A DNA stretch of 64,000 nt from Eledone cirrhosa (GCA_964016885.1 OZ024742.1:48546001-48610000); one strand, 5' to 3'; shown: positions 12,792-28,359, counted from the first letter of the stretch. Notes: a model not told the origin generated them from the letters alone. Translations and numbers: made by a program.

Positions 12792-15479
12792 CATCTCTTC
12801 ACATTTTGTAATCTAAGCATGGAAACAACTCTCTCCCCACTACCACTGTTCATATTTCTCGTACGAATATATCAAGAAAGTTAGTGGTTGTTCTCCCACG
12901 GTTTATCCACATATATAAGTATATAATCAAACAGACATACTAATTTCGATATAATTAGCAATTTGCTTTTCGATATACATGGAAATAGGTGTATTTGGCA
13001 TGTTCACATCTTTATATAATATATATATGTTTACATTTATTTCAATCTTCATGCCATCTCGTATGTTTCTCATCTCTCTATATACAGATAAAACTTTACT
13101 ATATACTTAGGCTGTTTAGCGCAAAAATAAAATAAATGAGATCTGAAATATGTAAATGTATTCATGCTTGAAGATTTGTGAACCTAATTTTCAAAATATT
13201 TGTGTCTTTGGGAGAATGAGAGATCGAGGTGTGATATGAAAACGTGTGAGAGAGTGTACGTGAGAGAATGGGATTGGATTTACATCAATTTGGAAACAGA
13301 TAAAGTCCCAAGATTCTCGGCTATAAGATTCCATAGGTACTTGCACCTTAAAATAGGATCGTCGTGACACATTCTTCAACAGAGCTGGACGTCTGAATTG
13401 AATGTTTAATGAAGCTGGCATACACAATTACTTTTTACTGAATCGCACTAATAAATCATAGGTCGTCATTTTATAGAAACATGATATCAAGCTACATATG
13501 AGATTCTGCACCAATCTCATGTTTGACGAACGAAAATCGTAACAGCATTTGTAGTGTTTTACATATATTATATCTTATATCTAGTATCCCATAAAATCGT
13601 ATTAGAAGGACGTTCTTGACGAAACGCACAAAACAGCACTGTGATTACAACACGTGGAAAAGTTAAAGTCCTTTAATCTCTCCAATATTAAAAATGCTAT
13701 AATCATTTGAATTAACATTTAACGTTTATAGATATTTTGTGTTTTTATCATTACAGTAGGTTAGCATGAAGGAAAGCTAAAGGTGTAACACAATACAAAG
13801 ACACTGGTTTAACAATTGTAAAACACTCAAGTGCAAACGATTCACTTAGAAGTGAGAAGCCGGCATCTAGTTAGGATCAGCACACCAAATGAATCCGGAA
13901 GTCTATTATCTCAACTGAAAACAGCATTTCCTGAATTCAGAACCGAGCATATATGACTGAAGCTTAATATTTCCTAAATCCCCAGAGGAGTACTTCAGTA
14001 AATTTATGCAAACTAGCAACATTTTAGGGTTCATGATATTCGTCCTCTATCTTCTCTCATATCAAAAAATAATTTCTTACTATCTTTCTTCTTATGCTGC
14101 TTATCACTGGGCTCTTGTAATTCATTCGTAAAACCTGAATAACCACATTCCTAACTAAACGGATTTGTCCACAGAAAATTTAAAATAACTAAAATAAAAA
14201 CACAAATAAATGAGTAATTATTAAAATAATAATGTGAAATGTCAGGCAGAATAAAGCAATATGATACGGAAAACGGTTCCATTTACATCAACAATAACAT
14301 CAATATTTGAATTATAGACATTCTAGCAATTAAAAAGTGATAAGTATGAAGTTGCTCTAGTATCAGGTCCTATACACTTCAGAAGAATAAAGAATGCTAT
14401 TAAAATACACAGGAAACTAACATAATATTTAATTTTAAAATGTTAGATACTAAGCAAAAAGATTCCTTTTTAATGTCCCCTGGCCATGACTGGAAATGGT
14501 GTATTATCTCCATTTATTTTTTAATGTAAATTTTGTAGGCGATTGACCTCCTACTTCTGGGTGAGTTATTTCAGAATTTTTGGCGACTAAACATTCAGTA
14601 AATTGACTCTTAATATGGGAATATGATTATATACATATATATGGATGCAAGTTCTTTTTAGTAGCATTCACACACACAAACACTAATTCATTCATGTAAA
14701 CAAGCATAGACTAACAGACTCATATTTTCTAATATATATACAAAAATATATGTATACAAAAAGAAAACCCTTATGCTTACTCACCGTTATATATACACAA
14801 CACCATTACATGTAAAATATTAAAAACGAAAAATACTGACATTCACACACATACTGCTTAATTTACACATTTTAAACTATAAATTTACGTTGGTTGGTAC
14901 ACACATATATCAAGCATGAGGACAATGGTGGTGTAATTATCGTAAAGTATATTCAACCACGAACCATAATTCGGACTGTTCCGCGCAACCAACATATATT
15001 TTGCACCACGAGATACATCAATGTTATTGAAATATTGCGTAGTCCCATGGTCTCTTTTTATTATTAATTCTTAACTCTGACTAAGTCATAAGAATTAATA
15101 ATTTCTAATTTAATTTCTTGAGAATCGGCAGACATAATCTTCTACTGTCTGTCGCGTTTCAACAAATTAAAATTGAAATTATTTATTCTTATGACTTTGT
15201 CAGGGTAAGATGGACAACGTCCATTACAGTTATGCAGGGAATCTAATGTTAATTATTTTTTTTTATTTGCTTATATCAACTTTGATAGACTGGAAATAAA
15301 GAACCAGAAATTTGATCGAATTAGTGGGATTTGAGTTCAAGAGAGACTGTGCAAAATTCATCACCACAGTGCCATGTTGTTTCAAAAAAAACACACGATG
15401 TTCATAGAGATGTATTTGAGAGGGGGAAACGATATATCGTAGCATTCGGGCCTTTCTAAAAGCATTATTTCACAGATAG

Positions 15480-15577
15480 ATTAACTTTGCCTTTCATCCT
15501 CACGAGGTCGATGAAATAAAGTACCAGTAATGCACTGGATAATTGCTGGCCTTATGCCAAAAGTAGAAACAATTATT
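15480..15577 (+). mobile_element. SINE 3' half
   Basis: ttaactttgcctttcatcc...gtcgatgaaataaagtaccag...agtagaaacaattatt. Confidence 0.75.
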
Positions 15578-18224
15578 TCACAGAGAGATTCGAGTTGCAG
15601 TGCCCTTTCTGAACACCTCTCGATCATCAGTGTCTTCCATATAGTACCGAATAGTGAAGCATAACAACATCATGAAACTATACCGAAGTTGAATTGAGCT
15701 TAGTGTAATATTTTGTATGATAATTAATTTAATGAATTTTCAGTGACCATTCTCTTGAGAAACATTTCTCATGTTTTATTTGAAACACTCGGAAATGAAA
15801 CGAGATATTTTCTGTTCATAACTAATTAATGTCCATGAGTATTGAAGATTCAAATTCATGAAAGTAAATTGTGAATAACACCATTAAATATATTCGAAAA
15901 TCGGCCTTTCAAAGAAAATCGGTTTTATCTGTAGATTGTAATATTTGAACTAATTGAGAGTTGTTCGCCAGTTACATTGAAATCGAAGTGAAGTACAGCC
16001 GTATAGAATAATATATTATTTCCAAAATTGGAGAGTAACTTTGACCAAAGTGATTTCTTTCTGGTTAACTAAATATTTTATACGGGTTGAAATTTATGGT
16101 ATTGGTGTACTTCATTCCTTTTAATTGAAGACAAGGTCAGTGGCCAAATGTGTTGAAATTATGAAAGTTTTGTTCTGTTATTACATACTTATAATGTTGA
16201 CAGAGTTCAGACGATCAAGTTTTTTGCCAAATAAATGCGTTTAATCAACCATATTTTCAATGCTTAAATAATCAAGGAGCTCTGAAGTTTGTATTGTCTA
16301 GAAAATACATTCACTTCATATTTCAATTCATAGCCACGATCTAAGTATCTACGTATTCATTTCCTTTTCGGTTATAATATAACTTACTCTTAAAATAAAA
16401 TCTATAGATTTGTGAAGAGACGAATTTTCGTTTCATAAAATTAATATATTCTGAGCAAAGACAGATGTTAGTTCCGGCCATATCTATGAAAATAATATTG
16501 TGATACAGTATTCAGATTGCGTGTTGACAAGGAAACATTAAAACACTGAACGAAATTTATGGCAGCTGAAGTTCATCTGTCTAAATACTACTGCACACAT
16601 GATACACTCTCGTATGACCTGCTAAAATTGCAGCTAAATCCCTCTTCGTTGTTTACCAAAATGATGATTATTGCATAGTGTCGACGTACATAAAATATAT
16701 CTAAAAAAATCCCTGTTTATTTAGAGCTGGAATGCTTGTTGACATAGATGCACACATATATTTTAACACGTCTTAATAATAAATATAACACTAAAAGTAA
16801 AGTACCAGTAAAGTATTGGTGTCGATATGATCAACTTTTCTCTCCTCACAAACTTCTGCCCTTAAGACTAAATGAGAAATCCCTATTAGTTTAGATTGGT
16901 AAAGTGCCGAATAAACTGTCCCAACATTATTACTTTTGGCCCTTTGCATTTCGAGTTCATATCCCACCGAAGTCAAGCTTGCATTTTATGTCGATAAAAT
17001 AAAATACCCGTGATGTAATTTTGTTTTTAAAATCAGCATTGCCCTGAACCCACATCTTATAGCATTGCGCTGATATAAGAAATCGGTATTAAACATTACA
17101 CCCCATCTACCCCAAATCTTTAAAACCTAAATCAATCTAACCCTAATATTTATACTTTCCTTAACAAAAACCGAAGTGGTTTACAGCAAGTTTTCTAAAA
17201 TGTATATAACGTAGTCCATTATTTAGTTCTATGAGTATGCTTACTGTTAATATAGCCTGACTCAACAATTTGAAAAGATAAATTCGATTTCTTTATTCCA
17301 ACTGAAATCTCGTTCTCGATGTCAGACGTCATTTCAATTATCCTTCCTTGTAAGGTTATTTTATCTACAGCTTCATTACCAAATATTGTTCTGACACTCA
17401 GGAATTATGCTGGTAAAAGCTGTAGCTCGCTTGTATTTTAACTTTCGTTTACTTTGAAACTTATTTCTGCTCGTTCATAAGAAGCACCCAAATTTTATTA
17501 TAACATTATTTTTATATTTCGTTTTATTAACAAAATATGCCGATTGCTTGATATACACAAAAACTAACTCTTAGAAATGTGATATTTGTACAAACCGGTA
17601 TTTTCATGTATTTGTTTGAAAATAGGTTTCTATTTTTTGTGTCCAGGGACCTAATATCATTAAGGATATGATGTTGGTGATATCAAGGGCGATGTTGATG
17701 ATGGTGACACTGATGAAGATGATGGGAGTGAAGATGTCAAAATAATGAAGATGGTTGGGGTATATTATGATTATTCTTGTTGTTTTTATTGTTTTCAATA
17801 ATACTACTGTTAACAGAATAAACAAGTGGAGAAATCAGGTGAAATAAGTCAACCATTATGAGTCTTAGTAAAAGCCTGAGTAGAATGATTTGTGATTTGC
17901 TTGCTGAATTCTTAATTCTTCAGAGTTGCTAATTATAGAATGAATAACATTCAGAGAATTTGAATTACGACAGCTACCACACCATTAGAATTGTACAAAG
18001 GACGATGGCCATGATAACCACAATCTCCTCCACTATCCAAAACACAGCTACAACCAACACCAATATTATCAAAACCATGCAGCCACCCTTATCTTAACAG
18101 ACATATGTTCAACATATTGCTATGTTGTGGGGAGTAGCTTATCCATAAAGAAAGAAAACGGTAACTTACAAATAGACAGAAAGATAGACGGGTGAATGTA
18201 TATATATATATATATATATATGTG

Positions 18225-18660
18225 TCTATATATGTATATATATGTACATATATATATATAAGTATGTATACGTACATACATATATGTATACAGACGTACA
18301 GTAGTATGTATATATATATACATACATGCACACATATATATATGTACGTATGGATTTTACCGAACAGCCATTAATATGCATAAGGAAATTATATACTTTC
18401 AGACGTTCAATCATCTGACAGGAAGGTATACGTTGCTGACGATAGATAATAAGCTTGAAACTAGTACATCGTTCCTTTGCCAGTGTTGAACAAAAGGGCA
18501 ACGATGGTTGCTAAACACGGTACGGCTTAATTCGGGATGTTTGTTTACGAACAAACCGAACATTATAATAAATGTTCGGTAAATCCATACGTACATATAT
18601 ATATATGTGTGCATGTATGTATATATATATATACATACTAGTGTACGTCTGTATACATAT
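18225..18660 (+). repeat. Family A HHR repeat copy, internally deleted
   Basis: HHR 18431-18471 with intact CUGACGA/GAAAC/GUA core; homologous to 7200-7750. Confidence 0.75.
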
Positions 18661-18767
18661 ATTATATACATATATTATATATATTTGCTCTACGGTTCAT
18701 ATATATTTGATATATATTCATCCTTATCGAGCTCTCTTTGGATTTTAGTCTTCAAATTTATTATTAT

Positions 18768-18807
<40 letters not shown>

Positions 18808-19441
18808 GAAGAAGAAGTTTATGAAACGGAAATGCGGGTATAAAGAATTTACTAGGTAACAATTGTTTCTATAGTGTCTAGGTTGCCTATACCTCGCTAT
18901 TTGTATAAATAAAAATATTATCATAGATCGTAGGTACACTGTAAGAGAACACACCAGTGAGACCTTTCAGATCTGACGACGTGGTGTGTGAAAAGATTGT
19001 TTTGTCTAAAGTACAAATCAACTAATGGAAATATGTTTGTCACATTTACATACAAACTAATGCCGTCGTCAAAAACCTGATGAACTTTTCAACGTCTTCC
19101 AAGTAATTTGGCAATGTGTCCTCCTGTAATTTGACAATTTGTCGCGAATTCTGTCTAACTTGCAGCGAACATAATGTGTTCTCTGAGTTCAAAATTGTAT
19201 TATTCTGATACTAAAATATTTAGACAATGAAAGATCGCGACAAGGAATAAAAACAATGAGAGTAAATAAAAGAAAAATAATGTGATAGAGCAAATTAGAA
19301 AGTAAGAGAAGAAGAAATTAGAGTTGTGGGAGGGTATAGAGCTTTTCGGGAGCAATGGAAGGTAGTTAGCGAACGATGATATAGCGAAACTGGGTGACTG
19401 GGATTCTTAGACAAATATATATGTAAGTATGTATGTATGTA

Positions 19442-19509
<68 letters not shown>

Positions 19510-19572
19510 TACATACATACATACTTACATATATGTGTGTGAGTGTGTGTGTGTTAATATATATATATATAT

Positions 19573-19752
19573 GGGGAAAGGTTCAGGACCCTGACGGCAG
19601 AGCTCAAGCCGTTTCGACAGCTATATCTGGACGTCCAGATATATCTATCGAAAGGGTCGGGGTCCTTTTCCTATTATCCATTCTACTACCCAAAGTATCG
19701 AGTACTCTGGTGAGTTATGGTCCACCTGGTTCCTTACCTCACTTCCTTCGTT
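19573..19752 (+). mobile_element. Fold-back mini-element in (TA)n, same family as 39401-39820
   Basis: Palindrome centred on tctggacgtccaga and the same 3' tail. Confidence 0.75.
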
Positions 19753-20060
19753 ATATATATATATATTAATTTCAACAATGTCAGTATTCCGTGCGTCATA
19801 ATTCTCGATTATCATTGGTTCATAGGTTTCAAACGATTCCGCCCACCTCAACGACGCCAAACTTAAATTAATATGCATAATGCCAATGAGGGAGTGAGAG
19901 TGCGGAGTGGAGAGTAAGAAACATAGAGCAAAGTGAACGCTGTAACTATTACCATATGTGCGTGTGTATGTACGTGCGCGTATGTTTATGTGTGTGTGCG
20001 TGCGTGCAGCGTTCCACAGAAAGTAAAAGCAATTCGACTTTATAAAACAGTGAACTATAG

Positions 20061-20246
20061 CGGCGACGGCGTGCAGCCAGGAATGAAGAAAAACGGGCCG
20101 AACAGCGCCATCGGAACGCCGAACTTCAGAGGCGAAAACGTGCCGCCATAAATGAAGAGGAGCTGGCTGAACAACGCCAACGAAACACTGGAGCCAAACA
20201 GCGACGGCGTGCTGCGATGGTTGAAGACGAACTGGCTGAGCATCAT
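20061..20246 (+). pseudogene. STPR-like 23-aa repeat coding fragment, probably a Helitron Rep/Hel N-terminus
   Basis: RRRRAARNEEKRAEQRHRNAELQRRKRAAINEEELAEQRQRNTGAKQRRRAAMVEDELAE with 23-residue periodicity. Confidence 0.6.
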
Positions 20247-20261
20247 CTTTTATATTAATCA

Positions 20262-20623
20262 TCTATATCTATATTTACATATAATATAAAAGATTGGAAC
20301 TTCCATCATCCTTTTGGAAAACGAGGAACAACCACGTCTATGCAATGATACGCGTTTTACAGTCAGGAAGAAGATGAACCAACACCTAGAGATCACACTA
20401 TTCTAGGTGGGAGCACCTAGAATTGTTCATATACTATGCACAAAGGGTACAACGAATAATCTGGTATATCTGGAAGATTTTTTTCACTGTTTTTTGTATC
20501 TCACAGACACGACGGACTCGCCTCATAATGTAACCCAGACAAACATCCAATACAGTCATTTTCTCTTTTACCTGTCTTTTCTTATCATCTGTTTACCCGG
20601 GCGAAGCGGGCTACGTCAGCTAG
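20262..20623 (+). mobile_element. Non-autonomous Helitron
   Basis: A|TCTATATC start; subterminal GC hairpin cccgggcgaagcggg followed by CTAG|T. Confidence 0.65.
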
Positions 20624-20822
20624 TAGTAATAATAATAAATTGGAAGACTAAAATCAAAGAGGGCTCGATAAGGATGAATATATATAACCCCTCCAAATAA
20701 TTACGTTTTTTTACGTTCTTTGCCAGGGAACGTTTCCACGAATCAAAGTATCGCTTGCTGTCTTACTTCAGTTGCAGTATTTTTCGAAATAGTTACTTCT
20801 GCGTTCACAGATTGATTTTTTT

Positions 20823-20873
20823 AGTTTCAGAAGATCCCGTTAAGAGTGAAAGCAGCGATTCTTTGCTTAAACT
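20823..20873 (+). ncRNA. HHR-like motif with U4A core (second copy 2241-2285)
   Basis: agttt CAGAAGA t ccc-gttaa-gag t GAAA gcag-cgattct-ttgc UU aaact. Confidence 0.6.
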
Positions 20874-20959
20874 TTAATCTGTTATATTAATAAATATATA
20901 TATATTAAATGTATATTTCTATATATATATATATGTATATGAAATATATGAAATATATG

Positions 20960-21125
20960 AAATATATGAAATATAAGAATCAAAGAACTGTTCAAAACAT
21001 TATTGTGCTTACAGCTGTTTCCTCCAAACCGAGGTTTGGATTCTTCGGAGCAATTTATTAATGCATGGACAGTTGTAAGCACAATAATGTTTTGAACAGT
21101 TCTTTGATTCTTATATTTCATATAA
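20960..21125. mobile_element. Fold-back PLE terminus with HHR (21006-21052, minus strand)
   Basis: Minus: tgct CCGAAGA a tccaaac-ctcg-gtttgga g GAAAC agct GUA agca; arms of about 55 bp are inverted. Confidence 0.7.
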
Positions 21126-21342
21126 CTGCTCTGTAAATCATCTGATGTTTTTACATTGAGCTACTTAACTTACTGGTAATAAGGTAGTAATACATTACTG
21201 CCTACCACTATTTAGGGTGTGTGTAAAATACTTACAACTGCTTAAGGTTTTGTGTTTACATAACCATAAATAGTATAACTAATACTATATATGTATATAT
21301 ATATAGAGAGAGAGAGTGGGACAGAGAGAGAAAGATAGAGAG

Positions 21343-21381
<39 letters not shown>

Positions 21382-21576
21382 GGAAGAGAGATAGGGGATA
21401 AAAGAAACAGAAAATAACAGAAGGGAGATAGCAGGGAAAATAGGTAATAACAATTACTTCTAAGTTATTAAAGATATGTGAAATGGAAAGCAATATTCGA
21501 ATGTTCGGTTTGATGTGAGAGGGATATTGTACATACACACGCATACACACACACACACACGCATCTATGTATATAT

Positions 21577-21647
<71 letters not shown>

Positions 21648-22044
21648 ACTGTGCGCATTATTCATGCGTTCTATTTCGTTCTCTGGGACTGTTTATCTAT
21701 TGCATGATCCACAACGTGTATGAGGAGAGGACATCTGTGTGTTGATGGGTGCATGGTTATAGAAGATTTCAGGCATGTTTCAACATCAATAATAAGTAAG
21801 TCATCCATGAATTCATAGTTCGTTTATGGCAAAATCACTGACTGGCCTTGTACTACATAGGCGCCACTATGGTCGAAAGCATAGCAGGCTGTGGTTTCCC
21901 TACTGTGAATTCTCTACAGTTAATTCACTGGAACAACATAGGCGGTTTGAACCTGTCGACACATTCGCAAGTCAATATTTATATTTACACACAAAGGCAC
22001 ACACACACACAGACACACACACACTCTCATACATATATGTGTGC

Positions 22045-22079
<35 letters not shown>

Positions 22080-22127
22080 TTCACATGACAGGATAGAGAT
22101 CATTTTATACATATGTGCACATACCAA

Positions 22128-22161
<34 letters not shown>

Positions 22162-22189
22162 CCTATATATATATATAATCTGCAACATC

Positions 22190-23090
22190 ATTTACCTCCG
22201 TTGTACTACGTGTACATGGGTTACACGGGTCATGTCAGTACAACATCTCTCCACTTTGACATCTCCGTTATCTCCAACGAGGTGATATCATCTCTCACCA
22301 CATACATCCAGGTCATCGTTGAATTTCTTCTACTCTAGCTTCCTTTCACTGGGATTATTTGACACTTCATATGTCTATACCAATGCAGTCTTTTCTCCTG
22401 CACACTACTTCTGATCCCTCTTATACCTAGCCTCTCCCTCAGATCACGCAGGCTTTGTCGTTCTTACACATTAACTCTGCATATGCATCGAAGCATGCTT
22501 GCCCCATTTCTCTCCAAACTTCGCATGTTCTCGGTGTAACTGCACATGTCTTACTCCCATGCATCATGGTACATCGCACACAGGCATCGTACAGCACAAC
22601 CTTTCATTCGTAGGGAGAAGCCGTTTGTGTAAACAGTTCCCTAAACGTCTTCCATCCTGCCCTTATTCTAGCTTCTATGCTATTTGAGCATGATCCTTCA
22701 CTGTTAAGTTTATCGTCTATGTAGGATAAATTCTCAACCACGTCTATGTGACCGTCCAGGGAAAGGAAAAGATTCATATTTTATTTCTATTTTGGGCATT
22801 TTTACTATCACTTTACACAGAATATCTGCTACATACAAAATCTTCCTTTCCCGTTAATCTGCCACTAATACATGTAAGCACGATTTTCCTTGTGTACACC
22901 ATATAGAGTTTATACATACTCCCTTTCTACATATCGAGCAAGGTCACTCCCTGGGGAGATTGGCGCCGTATCTTTTTTCTTAGTATTAACATTTCGGTTT
23001 TTGATAAATTTACTCTAAGTCCTTTTGATTCTAGGTTGTGTATCAACAGTCGGAATTCATTCTCTATTTCTTCTTTAAGGACCATCACAT
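22190..23090 (-). mobile_element. Decayed RTE-type LINE 3' part
   Basis: LESKGLRVNLSKTE; LYDACVRCTMMHGS; SMLRCIC; LRERLGIRGI..VQEKRLHWY. Confidence 0.75.
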
Positions 23091-23249
23091 GACCAATGAG
23101 GAGTGGGATGTTGCACATTGCAAGGAGGTGTCTCAGTGTAATTCAGGACATTGTTGGGGAAAGGTTTGTTTGAAATGACACTGGTGCACTTAGCATCATT
23201 CACACTGACAAGATAGATGCCTGGAAAGTTGAGAATGAATGATAGGAAG

Positions 23250-23446
23250 ATAAACACGGCGAAACATTTTTGAGGGGTAAACAAAATCTATTAAATCAAT
23301 CCCAATGTATTTCTGATGCTTTATTTTATCGATAGAAAGATGAAAGGTAACTTCGGCGGGATTTGAACTCAGCCGGTAAAGTACCGTAACTCTATGCTGC
23401 AGAGCATAGTATCCTGTGCTCTACCCACACTGCCAATCCACCGCCC
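23250..23446 (-). mobile_element. tRNA-derived SINE
   Basis: Reverse complement of A-box tggcagtgtggg, B-box gagttcaaatc and the core. Confidence 0.7.
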
Positions 23447-25069
23447 ACTACTGCCCTATAATATTAAATATATGAGTCATTAAGGAATGTAAAACATGTA
23501 TATTAGTCTAACACGTGTTTCACCAAATCAAAATTGAAGAAGGTTTTAGATGCAACAAGTTCCTTAAGCTGCGTTATAGTAGAAGAAACCACATTTATTT
23601 CCATTTTGTATCCTCAGAGGCATTAGAAATATACAAGAATTATTGGAGGAGTGTATCTGCAAAGCTAAAACACAATTTTAGTAGTCTAATATTTAGTGGG
23701 GTTTTAAAAGTCTTTGACGTTTGATGTGAAGAAAGCCCATAATAGAAAAAATATGTCATGAGTGGGTGGAATATTCAATTGACATTGAGTGTTGAGATCG
23801 TTTACACTAAATTAATTTATTGTAATATAGTCAAATGATAGAGATTCTCAGATCAAATCGGCATTTTTGAAACTTGAGGTGATTCTATATATCACGAATT
23901 GTTACATTGTTATCTTCTTTATAATTTATATGTGGAGGTTTAGTATATTTTTGTTACACTTTGCCGTGTACTATAACCAACGTTTGTAAACCAATACGCC
24001 CATCAAGATACCAGGAATATATATTATAAGAGAAGATCAAAACATGTGTATCTATCGCATAGTATGTTCTTCAAACACGAAAGCAGATGTAATTCTTTCA
24101 AGTAATATAATTTATACTTTTATACTAGGCTTTCCATTTGAGGTTTTATCAATAAAAAACTTTTCAGCCCAAACCTTCATCACATATTTTCTTTGATACT
24201 CAGAGAAAACCGCCTAAAGAAACATGAGACTAACCTGTTTTACTTGTTTTCTAGAGATATTACCCCCCTCTCTTACTTTTTGCTTCCAGGTATGAAAACG
24301 AATCTCTTTAAACTAGTATTCATAAGCAACGCAGTATTACTTATTTGGCTCAACAGCATGATATTAATTAAAAGTTGCTGGCGTTGTTTCGTACCATTGA
24401 TAGCCACTCAAATATTTGTCTTGATGGATATATATATATATATATATGAAGAAAAAAATGATGAAATCGAAAATGCAACTGGAGTCTTATTTTTAAAAAA
24501 ATATATATATTTATTTGGTTCCTTTACCGGTTTCGCAGTTCTTCTGCTTTTCAAAAGTAGAGTTGAGATGGAGCGTCTGTGGTTTTTCTCACATCTGGTT
24601 GGTCTTTGAATGTTACTTGTATTATAGGGAAAAAAGTGGCTCGAACGTCAGGTTTTTAGAGAAGTAATTTGATTGGTTGGTCAATAAGTATAATACATTT
24701 CGCGTGCCGTGTGCACAAATTACAGAAATTATATATATATATATAATTTCTGTAAGTATCTGGGTTACTGGATGTGGTAACAACATTATTCTCAATGCTT
24801 AGGCAGGGTGTATAAATGAAATATAACAAGACAAGGTGATTCCAGTTCCTCCGAGGAATAACAACACAACCAGGAGCTGGACATATCGATGTATTGACGG
24901 AATAAAATAGACTTCAACAACATGTGGATGTCTTTTCCACACAAATTCCGACTTCCTGAATAGTTCACAGCCAATGATGGCTGTCACCGAAATATATATA
25001 GAAGTATATCTATAATTTATAATAAACGAAGCCAAACTTTACATATTTGACTTAATTATTATATTTTAT

Positions 25070-25386
<317 letters not shown>

Positions 25387-26245
25387 CTGTAATTTTCTGG
25401 GTTACTGGATGTGGTAACAACATTAATCTCAATGCTTAGGCAGGGTGTATAAATGAAATATATCAAGACAAGATGTCCAAGATGGTTGGACCAAGGACCA
25501 TTCTTCTCTTATCGACCCAACATGCAGATGGAAGTTTGTCATTTATTAGGTAGCATGTTTTACGAAACCATTGATGCAAGAGTTTACTTTATAACATATT
25601 TTTGCCATTGAGCCAATCATCTGTGAAACATACGTAATTTGCCGTCAATCAATATCAAATTTCAGGATGAAGCCCATCTTTCTATCCTTAATACACACAC
25701 ACACATACCCCCCCCCCCCCACATATATATATATATATATATGTAGATAAATCTACCATATATATCTGTATATATATATATATGGGGGGGGGGATATGTG
25801 TGTGTTCGTGGGTGTATGTATTTGTGTGTATGTGTGTATGTGTGTGTGTGCAAATTACTGGTGGTGCGAAAACGAGCACTCAATGCGCAGGAAGAATGTA
25901 TATATTAAGAGAACGGATGAAGCTTCCTTTACATATGTCTAGGTGTTCTTTGTTTTGTATAGATCACTTACTTGTGTTTCGCAGTGTGTTTCAGGTTATG
26001 AATCCGACTCCATTATAGGTCTGCTCCTCAGACTGTTGATTCAACAATCCTCTGCGAAACGCACATAACAGATGTAAATGAAACTTCATTGTTTTTCTTT
26101 ATATATAGATATATGAAAAACCACAAACCCTCCATCTCAATTCTACTTTCGAAAAGCAGAAGAACTGCGAAACCGGTAAAGGAACCAAATAAATATATAT
26201 TTAAAAAAAGAAAAGACCCCAGTTGCATTTTCGATTTCATCTTTT

Positions 26246-26289
<44 letters not shown>

Positions 26290-26291
<2 letters not shown>

Positions 26292-26540
26292 GGTGTGGGA
26301 TGTTTAAAGCGTCCGTAAGCGGTAGGCCGTTTGAGCACTTGATGCTCTTACAGAGCAGAGTATGATATCCCATAAGAAACGGAGAATCAGTGTTGCGACG
26401 AATAAAATTTATTAGACATATTACAATCGTTTCTCTGGCGACCAGCTCGAGGCACGATCAAAGAAATGATCGAACCTGACTCTGAAATCGCGTGGTCCCC
26501 AGATACGTCTCGATTCTACGAAGCAGTGTTTCCAAGGAGC
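26290..26540 (-). mobile_element. Solo pseudo-LTR fragment related to the 28411-33818 element, with long-stem-II HHR relic (26414-26510)
   Basis: Homologous to 33265-33510; 8-bp stem I agacgtat/atatgtct, CUGggGA, GAAAC gatt GUA. Confidence 0.7.
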
Positions 26541-26616
26541 TAGACATAAACGAATTGGAATAAACGAAGCCAACTTTAACATGTTTGACTTACACTTATT
26601 ATTTATATATATATAT

Positions 26617-26737
<121 letters not shown>

Positions 26738-27344
26738 TATGTGTGTGTGTGTGTATGTGTGTGTGTGTGTATGTGTGTGTGTATAAATATAGAGGAAACA
26801 ATGAGAGAGTTTTGAAGATGCACGGACTATTTTTACATATGCATGCAAATTGACAGTAGACATGGGAAACAATTTAGGTATTACGAACTAATCATATTTT
26901 TGTTATTATGAATGAAGCTGCGTTAGCAGAAATAGTCATGATTATCTATTTCTGTAAACACACCTTTGTTTTAAAAAATGTAGTATAAAAAGTATAAAAT
27001 ATTTGGCGCCTACAAACATGCACACATGCAGAAAATGCATTTCCTTCTTCAGTCGTGTTACTACAATATAAAATTTTCCTTTGGAATGAAAGGTTCTTGT
27101 GTTCTAACTCTACATTTCTTCCCGGAAATAGATATTACTATTAAATTAGTAGTACTTTTACGTCACAATAATCTGGGTATGTACGAACTCCCAACATTGA
27201 ACAGGTTCAACTATATTGCTGTCATAATTGACAGCAGAGATCTACTATTTTATAGATATGTTACAAAAGGTTCGAGATGGAAGCATTTAAGATAGTATTT
27301 CACTTTAATCTAGGATTATGAGACAGTTCATTTTTCTCTAAGAC

Positions 27345-27393
<49 letters not shown>

Positions 27394-27759
27394 AAAAATA
27401 GAGGTGTCACACGAGTAACAAGGAAAAGAAAATGCTGACAAATCTTTCCCAGTGAAAAATAGTTTAATTAGGAATAAGTATAAATTAGTAATAAGTATTA
27501 GATAGTATTCAGTTTTAGTTTTGAGTTTTTACCGGTTGCGCATTTCTAATGCTTTTCAAGAATAATTTTGAGATAGTACGCTCGTGATTTTTGCTCTAAT
27601 CTGATCAGTTTTGGAAATTTTTCCTGTCTTATGTGAAAAAAGTGGCCTCAGATGTATTAAGATTTGGGTGGTTGTTGAATGTCACGTGAATAAGCACTAT
27701 TTCTCTCTTACTCTTTCTTTTCTTTTGTTTTTCTTTCGTTCTTTCTTTTTCCTTTTCTT

Positions 27760-28131
27760 TTTTCCCTATTCCAACGGCTTAATTTAAATGTATGGGATTT
27801 AAACTTTTCCGACACTAATTTGCATAATAGACCAATAATAAAATTAGTAACCCCACTATCCGGGAGATTCCAACCGACATGGTTGCATTCTTTAAGTGTT
27901 TGTCAAAATTTGTTTATAAAACTGATTTATATTATATTTTCTCTGATGAAAGCGCACCATATTTTGCTTTGGTATCCTTGAAATATGTATAATGAAATAA
28001 ATATGGTTTTATAAATATAGTTTCCATTTGTTAATATATTGTATTTTTACTCCAAAAATTTGTTGAGTGCTTTATATCAGTTATAAAAATATTTGCTTGT
28101 TGTATCCCAACAAATTAAATATAACTTCTAC

Positions 28132-28135
<4 letters not shown>
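27760..28135 (+). mobile_element. Decayed PLE 3' end with HHR-like motif
   Basis: NGLN-like ORF end, CUGAUGA at 27943, GAAA at 27980, tail ends in (TA)n. Confidence 0.45.
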
Positions 28136-28162
<27 letters not shown>

Positions 28163-28359
28163 AGATCAACAGATGGTTAAAAGAGTTCCAAGTATTTTAT
28201 TTTGGGCATTTCAAAAACAAAAATCATCATGGGATGATATCTGCGTTCTCATCAAATAAAATACGGATACATGATATGAAGCTTAAAAAACACTTACCGA
28301 CATGCACGACACGCAACTCCCTCCACACACAAACACACACATATATATATATATATATA

